The position numbers and the translations under genes were made by a program. From contig OY970218.1 of the NCBI GenBank assembly GCA_963713975.1, positions 2,752,001-2,816,000 of the forward strand: 64,000 nt of DNA. Reading direction: 5' to 3'. A model generated the notes under the pieces. It did no database searches, was not told where the DNA came from, and saw only the letters and a program-made list of their open reading frames with translations. Of the stretch, positions 47,061-56,807 are shown one piece after another. Positions within the stretch are counted from its first letter, which is position 1, and each line of letters opens with the position of its first letter. This DNA is from an uncultured Chloroflexia bacterium (lineage in GTDB: Bacteria > Chloroflexota > Limnocylindria > Limnocylindrales > CSP1-4).

Positions 47061-49811
47061 ATGGTGGATACGGCGAGCGGACAGCTGGCGAAGGCCTACG
47101 TTCCGGCGGAGTTCGAGCACGACATCTACGAGCGCTGGCTGGCGGCCGACGTCTTCGCGCCCGACGGAGCCGGGTCAACGGCGGACTGGTCACTCGAGCC
47201 GTTCGTGATCATCCAGCCGCCGCCCAACGTGACCGGCAGCCTGCACCTGGGCCACGCGCAGCGGACCACGGTCGAGGACCTGATGATCCGCCACGCGCGG
47301 ATGCTCGGCCGGCCGTCCCTGTTCCTGCCGGGCCTCGATCACGCCAGCATCGCCGCCCAGTTCGTGCTCGACGGGATCATCGCCAAGGACGGCGAGACGC
47401 GCGCGTCCCTCGGCCGCGAGCGATACCTGGAGCGGATGAACGCATTCATCGAGGAGACGAAGACCGTCATCCTCACCCAGCAGCGGCGGGTCGGCGGCTC
47501 GTGTGACTGGGGCCGGCTCCGGTTCACGATGGACGACGTAAGCAGCAGGGCCGTCCGCGAGGCCTTCGTCCGCCTCCACCGCAAGGGCCTGGTCTATCGC
47601 GCCGAGGCGCTCGTCAACTGGTGCCCCGGCTGCCGCACGAGCGTCAGCGACCTCGAGGTCGTGCCGACCCCCGAGACGGGAACGCTGTGGCGGGTCCGCT
47701 ACCACCTGGTGGACGAGCAGACGGGCCTCCCGGATCCCGACGCGACCGTGACGGTTGCCACCACGCGACCGGAGACCATCCTCGGCGACACGGCCGTCGC
47801 CGTCCACCCCGACGATCCGCGCTACGCGGCCCTCGTCGGCCGACGCGTGCGCATCCCGTTCGTGGAGCGGGACGTGCCGGTGATCGCGGACCCGATCGTC
47901 GATCCCGCCTTCGGCACCGGAGCCGTGAAGATCACCCCGGCTCACGACCACGATGACCACGAGACGGGCGTCCGTCACTCGCTGGCGATGCCCACCATCC
48001 TCGACGACACCGCCCACGTGACAGGCACCGGCACGCCGTACGACGGCCTGGACCGCTACGAGGCGCGTGCCCGGATGCTCGAGGACCTCGCGGCCCGCGG
48101 CGATCTCGAGGGGGAGCAGCCCCACGAGATGGTCATCGGCAAGTGCCAGCGCAGCGGCGACGTGGTCGAGCCACGGCTCAAGACCCAGTGGTTCGTGAGG
48201 ACCGCCCCGCTCGCGGCGGCGGCGCTCGAAGCCATGCGTGTGGGACACACCTCCATCCTCCCCGATCGCTTCGAGAAGGTGGGGGAGCACTGGATGACGA
48301 CGATTCGCGACTGGAACGTGTCGCGCCAACTGTGGTGGGGCCATCGAATCCCGGCCTGGTTCTGCCCGGACGGTCACGCGACGGTCTCCGCTGAGATGGA
48401 CGGCCCGCCGGCGTGCGAGGTGTGTGGCAGGCCCGCAGCCGACCTGACCCAGGACCCCGACATCTTCGACACCTGGTTCAGCTCGGGGCTGTGGCCGTTC
48501 TCGACCCTCGGCTGGCCGGATGCGACCGACGACATGGCCCGCTTCTACCCGGGCTCTGTGATGGAGACCGGCTACGACATCATCTTCTTCTGGGTCGTCC
48601 GGATGATGATGCTGGGCATCGAGCTCGTCGGCGACGCGCCCTTCCACACGGTGTACCTGTCGGGCCTGATCCGGGACCCGTATGGCGCGAAGATGTCCAA
48701 GACCAAAGGCAACACCGTGGACCCGCTGGGGACGATCGACGAGGTGGGCGCCGACGCCCTGCGCTTCGCCGTGGTTCACGGCACCACGCCGGGCAATGAC
48801 CAGCGCTTCGGGTCAGCCAAGGTCGAGAACGCCCGCAACTTCGCCAACAAGCTGTGGAATGCGACGCGGTTCGTGCTCGGCGCCCGGCCCGGGTCCATCC
48901 CCGTGAACGCGGAGCGCCGCCTGCCCGATGCCCAACATCTCGGACCCGCCGACCGGTGGGTCCTCTCGCGCGCCGCCGCGACGACCGCTGCCGTGGACCG
49001 GGCGATGGCCGATTACGGGTTCGGCGAGGTGACCCGGCTCCTCTACGACGCGATCTGGAACGAGTACTGCGACTGGGGCCTGGAGCTGGCGAAGGTGCGC
49101 CTGTCCGACGCGTCGCTCCCGGACGCGGAACGGGAAGCCACCTGGTGGGCGCTGGTCGAGGCGCTCGACACCTACCTGCGGCTGCTGCACCCCGTGATGC
49201 CCTTCATCACCGAACGCCTGTGGCAGGCGCTGCCGCACCGCGCGACGGATCCCGAACTGCTGATCGTGGCCCGCTGGCCGGCGGTGGGGGAACGGGACAC
49301 CGAGGCGGAGACGCAGATCGGGGCGCTCGTGGACCTGGTCCGCGGGGTCCGCAACGCCCGCGCCGACGCCCGGCTGGAGCCGGCGTCGTGGCTGCCGCTG
49401 GATGTCTACGTGGAGCCGGAGCTCGGTCTCGCGCTGGAGGCGCTCCGCCCGGCTATCGAGCGGCTCGCACACGCCAGGCCGTTGCGCCGCCACCTCACCC
49501 GCGAGGCGCTCCACGGGACCGCGGGAGCGGGCGGGGCCGGGAACGGACCCGCCGGGCTGGCCGTCATTGCGGGGCCAACCGAGGCCATCATCGCCACCGG
49601 TGGTGCCGACCCGGCGGCAGCCGAGGCCGATCGGATCCGGCTGGAGAAGGAGCTGGCCGACGCCGAACGCCTGCTGGACGCTGCCCGGGCAAGGTTGGCG
49701 AACGAGGCGTTCACCTCCAAGGCGCCCGCAGCGATCGTCGAAGGGGCCCGAGCTCGCGAGTTAGAGCTGGCCGAGCAGGTGGACCGGCTCCGCGAGCGGG
49801 TCGGCCGGTGA
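47061..49811 (+). CDS. valS: Valine--tRNA ligase
   Basis: PPPNVTGSLHLGH, DTWFSS, KMSKTKGN, C-terminal coiled coil. Confidence 0.97.
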   Translation: MVDTASGQLAKAYVPAEFEHDIYERWLAADVFAPDGAGSTADWSLEPFVIIQPPPNVTGSLHLGHAQRTTVEDLMIRHARMLGRPSLFLPGLDHASIAAQFVLDGIIAKDGETRASLGRERYLERMNAFIEETKTVILTQQRRVGGSCDWGRLRFTMDDVSSRAVREAFVRLHRKGLVYRAEALVNWCPGCRTSVSDLEVVPTPETGTLWRVRYHLVDEQTGLPDPDATVTVATTRPETILGDTAVAVHPDDPRYAALVGRRVRIPFVERDVPVIADPIVDPAFGTGAVKITPAHDHDDHETGVRHSLAMPTILDDTAHVTGTGTPYDGLDRYEARARMLEDLAARGDLEGEQPHEMVIGKCQRSGDVVEPRLKTQWFVRTAPLAAAALEAMRVGHTSILPDRFEKVGEHWMTTIRDWNVSRQLWWGHRIPAWFCPDGHATVSAEMDGPPACEVCGRPAADLTQDPDIFDTWFSSGLWPFSTLGWPDATDDMARFYPGSVMETGYDIIFFWVVRMMMLGIELVGDAPFHTVYLSGLIRDPYGAKMSKTKGNTVDPLGTIDEVGADALRFAVVHGTTPGNDQRFGSAKVENARNFANKLWNATRFVLGARPGSIPVNAERRLPDAQHLGPADRWVLSRAAATTAAVDRAMADYGFGEVTRLLYDAIWNEYCDWGLELAKVRLSDASLPDAEREATWWALVEALDTYLRLLHPVMPFITERLWQALPHRATDPELLIVARWPAVGERDTEAETQIGALVDLVRGVRNARADARLEPASWLPLDVYVEPELGLALEALRPAIERLAHARPLRRHLTREALHGTAGAGGAGNGPAGLAVIAGPTEAIIATGGADPAAAEADRIRLEKELADAERLLDAARARLANEAFTSKAPAAIVEGARARELELAEQVDRLRERVGR

Positions 49812-49869
49812 CCCGTCCCGCTGGTAGGATGGCGCCTGACCATCAGCAGGCCGTCACCGGGAGGACGCC

Positions 49870-50622
49870 GTGCCCCTCGAGTTCCTGAAGCGTCGCGGCG
49901 GAGACGCCGACAAGCCGGATCCCGCGACGCCGTCGGCTGCCCCCGCCGGGCTGCCCGAGGAAGTCGTCGCGCAGGAGTTCCAGCTCAAGCTGTACTACGC
50001 GGGCAAGAGCAGCGAGGGCGTGCGGATGCGCGCCGGCCCCCAGGCGCTTGCCGAGCTCCCCCGGATGCTCGAAGGCCTGACCCGCAATGCGATCGAGACC
50101 GTCGATCCGCTGCCGCTCGAGTTCGCCCAGGCGGTGCCCGTGATCGCCCGTCCGTCCGAGGCGATGCAGTGGCTCAACGCCCACCACGAGCTGAGCCCCG
50201 TCACCCGTCATGCCCTCGTGGTGCTCGAATCCGTCGACGCCGTGGATCTCGCCTTCGACACCTTCGTGTGCACGCTGCTGGACGGCGAGACGGACACGTC
50301 CGGGTATCCCGAGTACAACGCGGTGGTGGGTGGCGTGGCGTCGCACTGGGACGAGGCCACCGGTGACATGATCGTCCGAGCGGTCGTCGGCTGGGGCGGC
50401 CGGGGGGTCCGGGGCGATACCGACCGGATCGCGCAGCGCCTGCTCTCCGGGATCCTGACCAATATCCTCGCCAGCCAGTTTGCGATGGGTCTCACCGAGG
50501 TGGATCGGCCGGTGCCGGCCGCCGGGCGCGGTGGCCTGGTCTGCGCCCACTGTGGCTTCGCGTCCGGCCATGAGCGAGCGTTCTACTGTCCCAAGTGCGG
50601 GATGCGGCTGCTCCGCGGCTGA
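49870..50622 (+). CDS. Hypothetical protein with C-terminal zinc ribbon
   Basis: SD GGAGG; CAHC...FYCPKCG. Confidence 0.78.
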   Translation: MPLEFLKRRGGDADKPDPATPSAAPAGLPEEVVAQEFQLKLYYAGKSSEGVRMRAGPQALAELPRMLEGLTRNAIETVDPLPLEFAQAVPVIARPSEAMQWLNAHHELSPVTRHALVVLESVDAVDLAFDTFVCTLLDGETDTSGYPEYNAVVGGVASHWDEATGDMIVRAVVGWGGRGVRGDTDRIAQRLLSGILTNILASQFAMGLTEVDRPVPAAGRGGLVCAHCGFASGHERAFYCPKCGMRLLRG

Positions 50623-50646
50623 TCTCGTCACCTATTGCTGAGCACC

Positions 50647-50985
50647 ATGCCCGTCTACGACTACCTCTGCACCGCCTGCGACCATCGCGCCGACATCCTC
50701 CACGGGATCAACGATCCGGGGCCGAACTTCTGCCCCTCGTGCGGTGCCGATGGGACGATGCGCAAGCAGTTCGCCGCGCCCGCCGTCCACTTCAAGGGTT
50801 CCGGCTGGGCCAAGAAGGACCGGGGTGGGACGTCGCGCTCGAGGAAGGCCGCGTCCGGGTCTTCCTCAGGGGACGAGGGTCACGAGTCCAAGGGCTCGGA
50901 CGATGCCGCGTCGACGACAGCGTCCGCGGCCAAGCCCGAGGAGACCAAGCCCGCCGGCCCAAAGCCCACCGGCTCCAACGACTGA
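50647..50985 (+). CDS. FmdB family zinc-ribbon protein
   Basis: MPVYDYLCTAC..CPSCG..FKGSGW. Confidence 0.88.
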   Translation: MPVYDYLCTACDHRADILHGINDPGPNFCPSCGADGTMRKQFAAPAVHFKGSGWAKKDRGGTSRSRKAASGSSSGDEGHESKGSDDAASTTASAAKPEETKPAGPKPTGSND

Positions 50986-50994
50986 GGCTGCAGC

Positions 50995-51234
50995 ATGCCG
51001 TCCACTGCCGACTGGATCACGCTTGCCGAGGCAGCCGAGATCCTGGCTGCGGCGAACATCCACTTCCGCCCGGCGACGATCGGCAGCTGGGCTCGCACCG
51101 GCAGGCTCTCGAGCATCAAGCTGGGGGGTCGTCGCTACGTCCGCCGCGGCGAGGTGAAGGCGCTCGTCGCCGCCCCGCGCCGCGTTCGCGCCGATGCTAT
51201 CCAGCCGGGCCTGTTCGAGGACCTGAGCGGCTGA
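50995..51234 (+). CDS. MerR/excisionase-type HTH DNA-binding protein
   Basis: ITLAEAAEIL..TIGSWARTGRL..KLGGRRYV. Confidence 0.8.
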   Translation: MPSTADWITLAEAAEILAAANIHFRPATIGSWARTGRLSSIKLGGRRYVRRGEVKALVAAPRRVRADAIQPGLFEDLSG

Positions 51235-51238
51235 CCGG

Positions 51239-52183
51239 ATGAACCCCGCCGGAGACGAGGATGGCAGCGTCGACCGGATGCGGCTGCTCGTCGAGCGGGT
51301 GGTCGCCCGAGTCGGAGGCCTTCCCGCGACCAGGACGCTCCTCGGTGTCCTTACGGCGTACGACGGAGCGGGCGGTGGACTGACGGCGGCGGGTCTCGCC
51401 TACACCTCGCTGATCGCCCTCTTGCCCGGGCTGCTCCTGATGGTCTCGATCTTCGGCCTGCTGATCGACGATCCGGGGACGCGTGAGCAGCTCGTGTCCG
51501 CGGTCGCCGAGGCGGTGCCGCCGCTGGAGGAGTTCGCGCGAGCGGCCTTCACGACGGTCAGCGCCGGCGCCGTGCCCGTCAGCATCATCGCGGTCATCGG
51601 CCTGCTCTGGGGCTCCAGCCGCTTCTACGCTGCGCTGGACTACGCGTTCACGCGAATCTTCCACGATGGCCGAAAGCGGAACGAGATCGAGCGGACGATC
51701 CGCGGTGTCCTCGTGACGTTCCTGCTGGTCGCGGTGCCGCTCGGGGCGCTGTTGTTGAGCGTCTTCACGAGCTGGCTTGCGACGGTGACGTCCGCAGGCA
51801 TCGCGAGCCTGTTCCTGCAGGTGCTGTCGCCCGTGGGATCATTCCTGCTATTCGTCGCGGGGACGGTCCTCGTGTACCGGTACGTGCCCGCCAAGCACGT
51901 CCCCTGGAAGGTACTGCTCGGGCCGGCGATTCTGGTCGGCGTGGCCCTGGCTGGCTTCGCGCAGCTGTACGCCGTGTTCGCCCCGTTGCTGACAAAGATG
52001 GCCGCCATCTATGGCACGTTCGTGGCCTTTTTCGCCATCCTCGCGTGGCTCGCCATCAGCTTCAACCTCCTGCTATTCGGGGCGTGCTGGACTCGCGTGC
52101 GGGAGCAGGCGGGTTCGGGCGAGGATCCGGGTGATGGCAACGCACCGGCTGCCACGTTGCCGGGGCCGACGGAAGGCGGGTAG
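51239..52183 (+). CDS. YihY/BrkB family membrane protein
   Basis: AAGLAY..LIALLPGL, YRYVP, IYG....W. Confidence 0.85.
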   Translation: MNPAGDEDGSVDRMRLLVERVVARVGGLPATRTLLGVLTAYDGAGGGLTAAGLAYTSLIALLPGLLLMVSIFGLLIDDPGTREQLVSAVAEAVPPLEEFARAAFTTVSAGAVPVSIIAVIGLLWGSSRFYAALDYAFTRIFHDGRKRNEIERTIRGVLVTFLLVAVPLGALLLSVFTSWLATVTSAGIASLFLQVLSPVGSFLLFVAGTVLVYRYVPAKHVPWKVLLGPAILVGVALAGFAQLYAVFAPLLTKMAAIYGTFVAFFAILAWLAISFNLLLFGACWTRVREQAGSGEDPGDGNAPAATLPGPTEGG

Positions 52184-52187
52184 GCGG

Positions 52188-53804
52188 TCAGCCCTGGCGG
52201 GTGCCACACCGGCGGCAGAACCGGGCGCTGGCCGACAGCGACAGGCCGCAGCTCACGCACGGCTGTGGCGTGGGTGGCGGGGCGACCTGGGCCTGTGCGG
52301 GCCGGGTGTCGCCACTGAGGACCTCGCGGGCCGACGCGGCCCATACGGATGCGGCGTCATCTCTCGGGATCAGCTGGCGACCGGCGAGCGTCGTCGGGAC
52401 GTCACGCTGGCTGGCATGCCTGTTCCACAGTGGGGCCGCCGGCCACTGCGGAGCCGCACCTTCGTCGGGCGCAACGGTGAGCCACGGGCTGGCAACGGGC
52501 TCGGGCGTCGGTTGGACGGGAGGCGTCGTGGGTGGCGGCGGCGGAGCGGGAGGTGCCGGCCAGGTGGGCTGCGGGACGACGTCCTCGCGCGGCACCTCGG
52601 CTGCAGCGACGGGCTCGGGCTCCGGCTCGGCGACCAGTTCGGCCGCGACGGGCTCGGGCTCCGGCTCGGCGACCAGTTCGGCCGCGACGGGCTCGGGCTC
52701 CGGCTCGGCGACCAGTTCGGCCGCGACGGGCTCGGGCTCCGGCTCGGCGACCAGTTCGGCCGCGACGGGCTCGGGCTCCGGCTCGGCGACCAGTTCGGCC
52801 GCGACGGGCTCGGGCTCCGGCTCGGCGACCAGTTCGGCCGCGACGGGCTCGGGCTCCGGCTCGGCGACCAGTTCGGCCGCGACGGGCTCGGGCTCCGGCT
52901 CGGCGACCAGTTCGGCCGCGACGGGCTCGGGCTCCGGCTCGGCGACCAGTTCGGCCGCGACGGGCTCGGGCTCCGGCTCGGCGACCAGTTCGGCCGCGAC
53001 GGGCTCGGGCTCCGGCTCGGCGACCAGTTCGGCCGCGACGGGCTCGGGCTCCGGCTCGGCGACCAGTTCGGCCGCGACGGGCTCGACCGCGGCGGCGTCC
53101 TCGCGCGGCACCTCGGCTGCAGCGACCGGCTCGGGCTCGGGCTCGGCGACCAGTTCGGCAGCGACGGGCTCGGGCTCGGGCTCGGCGACCAGTTCGGCCG
53201 CGACGGGCTCGGGCTCGGGCGTCTCATCGGCGGCAACCTGGGCCTCGTAGGCTGCAAGCGCGTCCTCGAGCGATTGCCCCGGTGCAACCCCGCGGACGCC
53301 AGCCGCGGACGCCGGCTCGGCATCGATCACGGCGGCGGTGCCCAGGGCCCGCGCCAGGCGCTCGGGTCCGAGATCGGCCTCGGGCCAGGCCCCGGCCTCG
53401 ATGGCGGCAAGCACCTGCTCGTCGGGTGCGGCGTCATCGACAACGTCGACCGCCTCCGGTGCCGCCAGGTTGGCAGGCGCGAGGTCCGGCAGTGGTGAGC
53501 AGGTCAGGCAACGACCGTCCGGGGTGTTCCAGCAGTTCCCGCACGTGTACTGGCGACAGGTCAGGCAGAAGTTGAAGGTCTTGTGGAACGCGTCGAGCTG
53601 ATGCGAGGTGGCGCTGCGCTCCACCTCACTGCGCGCGTCGGCCATGGCCTCCGAGAGGCTGCTCTCGTCAGTCATGACGAAGTTGCGCAGGCCCTTCGAC
53701 ATGACGCGGACACGACCGATCCGCGACCGCTTTGGTGCGGCCGACTCGAAGGTGTATCGGGTACCGCACCGTTCGCAGAACGACTCGGTGAGGATCTCCG
53801 TCAT
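52188..53804 (-). CDS. Multi-zinc-finger protein with acidic Glu/Pro repeat linker
   Basis: CERC; CLTC..CGNC..CLTC; [13 protein letters not shown] repeats; C-terminal CVSC..CRRC. Confidence 0.82.
   Translation of the reverse strand: MTEILTESFCERCGTRYTFESAAPKRSRIGRVRVMSKGLRNFVMTDESSLSEAMADARSEVERSATSHQLDAFHKTFNFCLTCRQYTCGNCWNTPDGRCLTCSPLPDLAPANLAAPEAVDVVDDAAPDEQVLAAIEAGAWPEADLGPERLARALGTAAVIDAEPASAAGVRGVAPGQSLEDALAAYEAQVAADETPEPEPVAAELVAEPEPEPVAAELVAEPEPEPVAAAEVPREDAAAVEPVAAELVAEPEPEPVAAELVAEPEPEPVAAELVAEPEPEPVAAELVAEPEPEPVAAELVAEPEPEPVAAELVAEPEPEPVAAELVAEPEPEPVAAELVAEPEPEPVAAELVAEPEPEPVAAELVAEPEPEPVAAELVAEPEPEPVAAELVAEPEPEPVAAAEVPREDVVPQPTWPAPPAPPPPPTTPPVQPTPEPVASPWLTVAPDEGAAPQWPAAPLWNRHASQRDVPTTLAGRQLIPRDDAASVWAASAREVLSGDTRPAQAQVAPPPTPQPCVSCGLSLSASARFCRRCGTRQG
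52581..53220. repeat. 39-bp coding tandem repeat (12 identical copies at 52606-53073, plus variants)
   Basis: Unit gcgacgggctcgggctccggctcggcgaccagttcggcc. Confidence 0.95.
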
Positions 53805-53964
53805 CGGGCTCCCGGTGGACAAGGCTTGACTCCCGGCACCTGCCGGGCGGGCCCAGAGTATAGGTCTCGAGTGAAGGCAGGGCTCGCACCGAGGTACCGC
53901 GTCCCTGCGCCGTTGGTCCCGCCCGCAGGGTCGGCGGGCCTCCTCTGGTACGGTTCGCCGAGCC

Positions 53965-54921
53965 ATGGCTGTGCTTGCCGACCTGGAACGGACCCTCGAA
54001 CGCCTCTTCGAACGCTCGACTGCTCGGCTGTTCCGGGCCCGTCTCCAGCCCGTCCAGATCGAGCACCGCGTCGAGCGATCGATGGAGCGTGCCCGCGCCT
54101 CACGTGGGGGCCGGACCCTCGTGCCCGCCCGCTACCGGGTCCGGCTTCACCCTGCGGACATGGACGATGTCGTGGACCGGTCGGAGGGACCGGAGGCGCT
54201 CGCCGGACGCCTGGCCGATGCCGCGCTCGCCTTTGCTCGCGGTCATGACTACCAATTGCCGTCACGCCCCATCGTCTTCCTCGTGGCGGACCCGTCCCTC
54301 CAGCGTGGCGTGGTCGAGGTCGATGCGGTCGTGACCGAGATCGCCGCACCTGCGCCGCTGGTTCCGGACATGCCGGTCGTGCCTGCCCGGGGCGTGGCCG
54401 ACGGGGACGAGGCAGCCGGTGTGCCGGCGACAGGCGCGTCGCCCGTCGACCGCCCGGCCCTGAAGTTTGCGGGCGACGACCTGCTGCCCCAGCATGTGGA
54501 CGCGCCGCCCGAGCCTGCAGTCCTCGTGGCCGCGGTTGGCGCGCCTGTGGCATCCGGCGTCGGCAGTGGCATCCGCGGTGACGGCACCCAGACCCTCGTC
54601 TTCAGGCGTCCAGCTCCCCCGCCGACCCGAGCGGTGCTCCGGGTGACCGGGCGGGACGGCAAGGAGCGCGTGGTCCAGGTTGATGGCACGCCGATGACGG
54701 TCGGGCGCGCGACGGACAATGCCCTCGTGCTCGCCGACTCCCGTGTGTCACGGCACCACGCGCGCGTCCAGGCCCGGCGCGGGACGCTCGTGCTCACGGA
54801 TCTGGGGAGCACCAACGGCAGCCGCGTCAACGGCGTTCGGGTGGACGAGTGCGCGCTGGGAACCGGCGACCGGATCCTGGTGGGCGACACGGTCCTGCTG
54901 GTCGAACAGCTCCCGGGCTGA
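53965..54921 (+). CDS. fhaA: FhaA-like protein (DUF3662 plus FHA)
   Basis: LQPVQI..R.M, VP..Y.V.L; FHA GR..SRHHA..DLGSTNG. Confidence 0.85.
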   Translation: MAVLADLERTLERLFERSTARLFRARLQPVQIEHRVERSMERARASRGGRTLVPARYRVRLHPADMDDVVDRSEGPEALAGRLADAALAFARGHDYQLPSRPIVFLVADPSLQRGVVEVDAVVTEIAAPAPLVPDMPVVPARGVADGDEAAGVPATGASPVDRPALKFAGDDLLPQHVDAPPEPAVLVAAVGAPVASGVGSGIRGDGTQTLVFRRPAPPPTRAVLRVTGRDGKERVVQVDGTPMTVGRATDNALVLADSRVSRHHARVQARRGTLVLTDLGSTNGSRVNGVRVDECALGTGDRILVGDTVLLVEQLPG

Positions 54922-54924
54922 CGC

Positions 54925-55359
54925 ATGGATGGCTTCACGCTCACGCTATGGATCGGCCGGATCCTGTTCCTCGCGCTGCTCTACGTCTTCCTGTACGCGG
55001 TCGTCCGGGTGCTGCTGCGCGACCTGCGTGCTGCCTCACGCGGCCCGGCCGAGCTGGGGAGACTCGTGGTGCTCTCCTCGCCCCGCGGAGAGCCGCAGCC
55101 CGGCGCCTCGTATCCGCTCGATGCGGTGACGAGCCTGGGTCGCGACGTCAACAACGGGATCGTGCTCGACGACCCGTTCGCATCCACGGAGCACGCGGTG
55201 CTGACCTACCGCGGGCGCAACTGGTATCTCGAGGACCTCGCCAGCACCAACGGCACGTACGTCAACGGTGTCCCGGTCGGGGGTCTTGCCCCCCTCGGCT
55301 TCGGTGACGAGATCCAGGTGGGGGAGATCCGGTTCCGGCTGGATCGAGGCCGGGCATGA
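54925..55359 (+). CDS. fhaB: FhaB-like membrane-anchored FHA protein
   Basis: N-terminal TM, GR..S..HA..DLASTNGT. Confidence 0.85.
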   Translation: MDGFTLTLWIGRILFLALLYVFLYAVVRVLLRDLRAASRGPAELGRLVVLSSPRGEPQPGASYPLDAVTSLGRDVNNGIVLDDPFASTEHAVLTYRGRNWYLEDLASTNGTYVNGVPVGGLAPLGFGDEIQVGEIRFRLDRGRA

Positions 55360-56807
55360 GCGCCGTCGCCCAGGCACGCCCCGCCCTGCGTCTTCTCATC
55401 CGGCCGCGCCCCCGCCAGACCGAGCTCATGCTGCTCGTGATCGTCGCGATCGCGCTGCTGGTCGGAGGAGCCTCGCTGGGAGCCACGCAGCGTTTGCGCG
55501 CCGCGACAGAGGCCGGCCAGACGGCGACATCGCTCGACTTCATGCCCCCCGACTCGCAGGGCCTCCTCGTCTACCTGGTGCTGCTGCTGCTGGTCCATGG
55601 CGCGTTCGTGCTGGCGGGCCGGCGAACGGACCAGATCCTGCTGCCCGCGGTCGCGATGCTCGGCGGGATCGGCCTGCTCCTGATGCAGCGGCTGCCGCAG
55701 GGCCTGGTGACGCAGGCGTACGGGTCGTCGGAGCTCGGTCTCGGCCAGCTCCAGCTTGCGTGGCTGATGATCTCGATGACGGTCGTCACGATCCTCGCGC
55801 TCGCCGTCCGATCGGATGCATGGCTCCGGACGTACAAGTACACCTGGGCGGCAGCCGGCATCGGGCTGCTGCTGTTGACCTTCGTGTTCGGGTCCGACGT
55901 CAACGGGGCCAGGCTCACGCTGTCGATCGGGCCGCTCTCGGGTCAGCCTTCGGAGCTGCTCAAGGTGATCCTCGTGGTGTTCCTGGCTGGGTACCTTTCG
56001 GAGAACCGGGCGCTGCTGGCGGACGAGAGCACGCGGATCGGTCCCCTGCGCCTGCCGCCACTGCCGTACCTGGCGCCGATGGTGGCGATGTGGGCGATCG
56101 CCCTCGGGATCGTGGTGGTCCAGCGGGACCTGGGGGCCGCCCTGCTGTTCTTCGCCGTGTTCCTCGCACTGCTCTACGTGGCCACCGGTCGCCCGAGCTA
56201 CGTGCTGGGCGGGCTCCTGCTGTTCGTCGTGGGATCGTGGGTCCTGTACAACCTCTTCGGCCACGTCCAGGCGCGTGTCGACAACTGGCTGGATCCGTGG
56301 CGGGACCCGCTCGGATCCGGGTTCCAGGTCGTCCAGGCGCTCTATGCGTTCGGGCGCGGCGGGATGCTGGGCGTCGGTCTTGGTGCGGGCCTTCCCACCA
56401 TCGGCGGACGCCTCCCGATCCCGGCCGTGCACACGGACTATCCCCTGGCTGCCTTGGGCGAAGAGCTGGGGCTGGCAGGACTGCTGGCGATCCTGGGGTT
56501 GTACGTCGTGGTGGTGTCGCGCGGGCTTCGGATCGCCGCCGCGGCACATGACGACTTCCGGGCCCTGCTGGCAGCCGGGCTGGCGCTCGTGATCGGGGTG
56601 CAGGCGTTCATCATCGCGGCGGGGAACCTGAAGCTGATCCCGCTCACCGGCATCACGTTGCCGTTCATCTCCTACGGCGGCTCGTCGCTGCTTGCCAACG
56701 CCGTCGTCGTGGGACTGCTGCTCGCCCTCTCCGATCCCGGGGCCGGGCCTCCCGCCGCGCCGCGGGATCGCCGGCGCGGGTTCCGACTGCGCAGGCGCGC
56801 CGCATGA
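55356..56807 (+). CDS. rodA: SEDS protein RodA/FtsW
   Basis: QPSELLK, QRDLGAA, HTDY, GITLPFISYGGSS. Confidence 0.92.
   Translation: MSAVAQARPALRLLIRPRPRQTELMLLVIVAIALLVGGASLGATQRLRAATEAGQTATSLDFMPPDSQGLLVYLVLLLLVHGAFVLAGRRTDQILLPAVAMLGGIGLLLMQRLPQGLVTQAYGSSELGLGQLQLAWLMISMTVVTILALAVRSDAWLRTYKYTWAAAGIGLLLLTFVFGSDVNGARLTLSIGPLSGQPSELLKVILVVFLAGYLSENRALLADESTRIGPLRLPPLPYLAPMVAMWAIALGIVVVQRDLGAALLFFAVFLALLYVATGRPSYVLGGLLLFVVGSWVLYNLFGHVQARVDNWLDPWRDPLGSGFQVVQALYAFGRGGMLGVGLGAGLPTIGGRLPIPAVHTDYPLAALGEELGLAGLLAILGLYVVVVSRGLRIAAAAHDDFRALLAAGLALVIGVQAFIIAAGNLKLIPLTGITLPFISYGGSSLLANAVVVGLLLALSDPGAGPPAAPRDRRRGFRLRRRAA

Noticed and set aside
50995-51234. Excisionase-like HTH and holin-like gene (41476-42384) as prophage evidence
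   Set aside because: Both families are common chromosomal genes; no phage structural or replication genes
52581-53220. Repeat array as CRISPR
   Set aside because: Head-to-tail identical 39-bp units with no spacers, in frame within a CDS; no cas genes
52201-53250. Plus-strand Ser/Gly/Thr-rich adhesin-like ORF (and 52011-53498, 52532-53575)
   Set aside because: Shadow frames of the repeat; the minus-strand ORF has coherent Zn-binding domains at both ends
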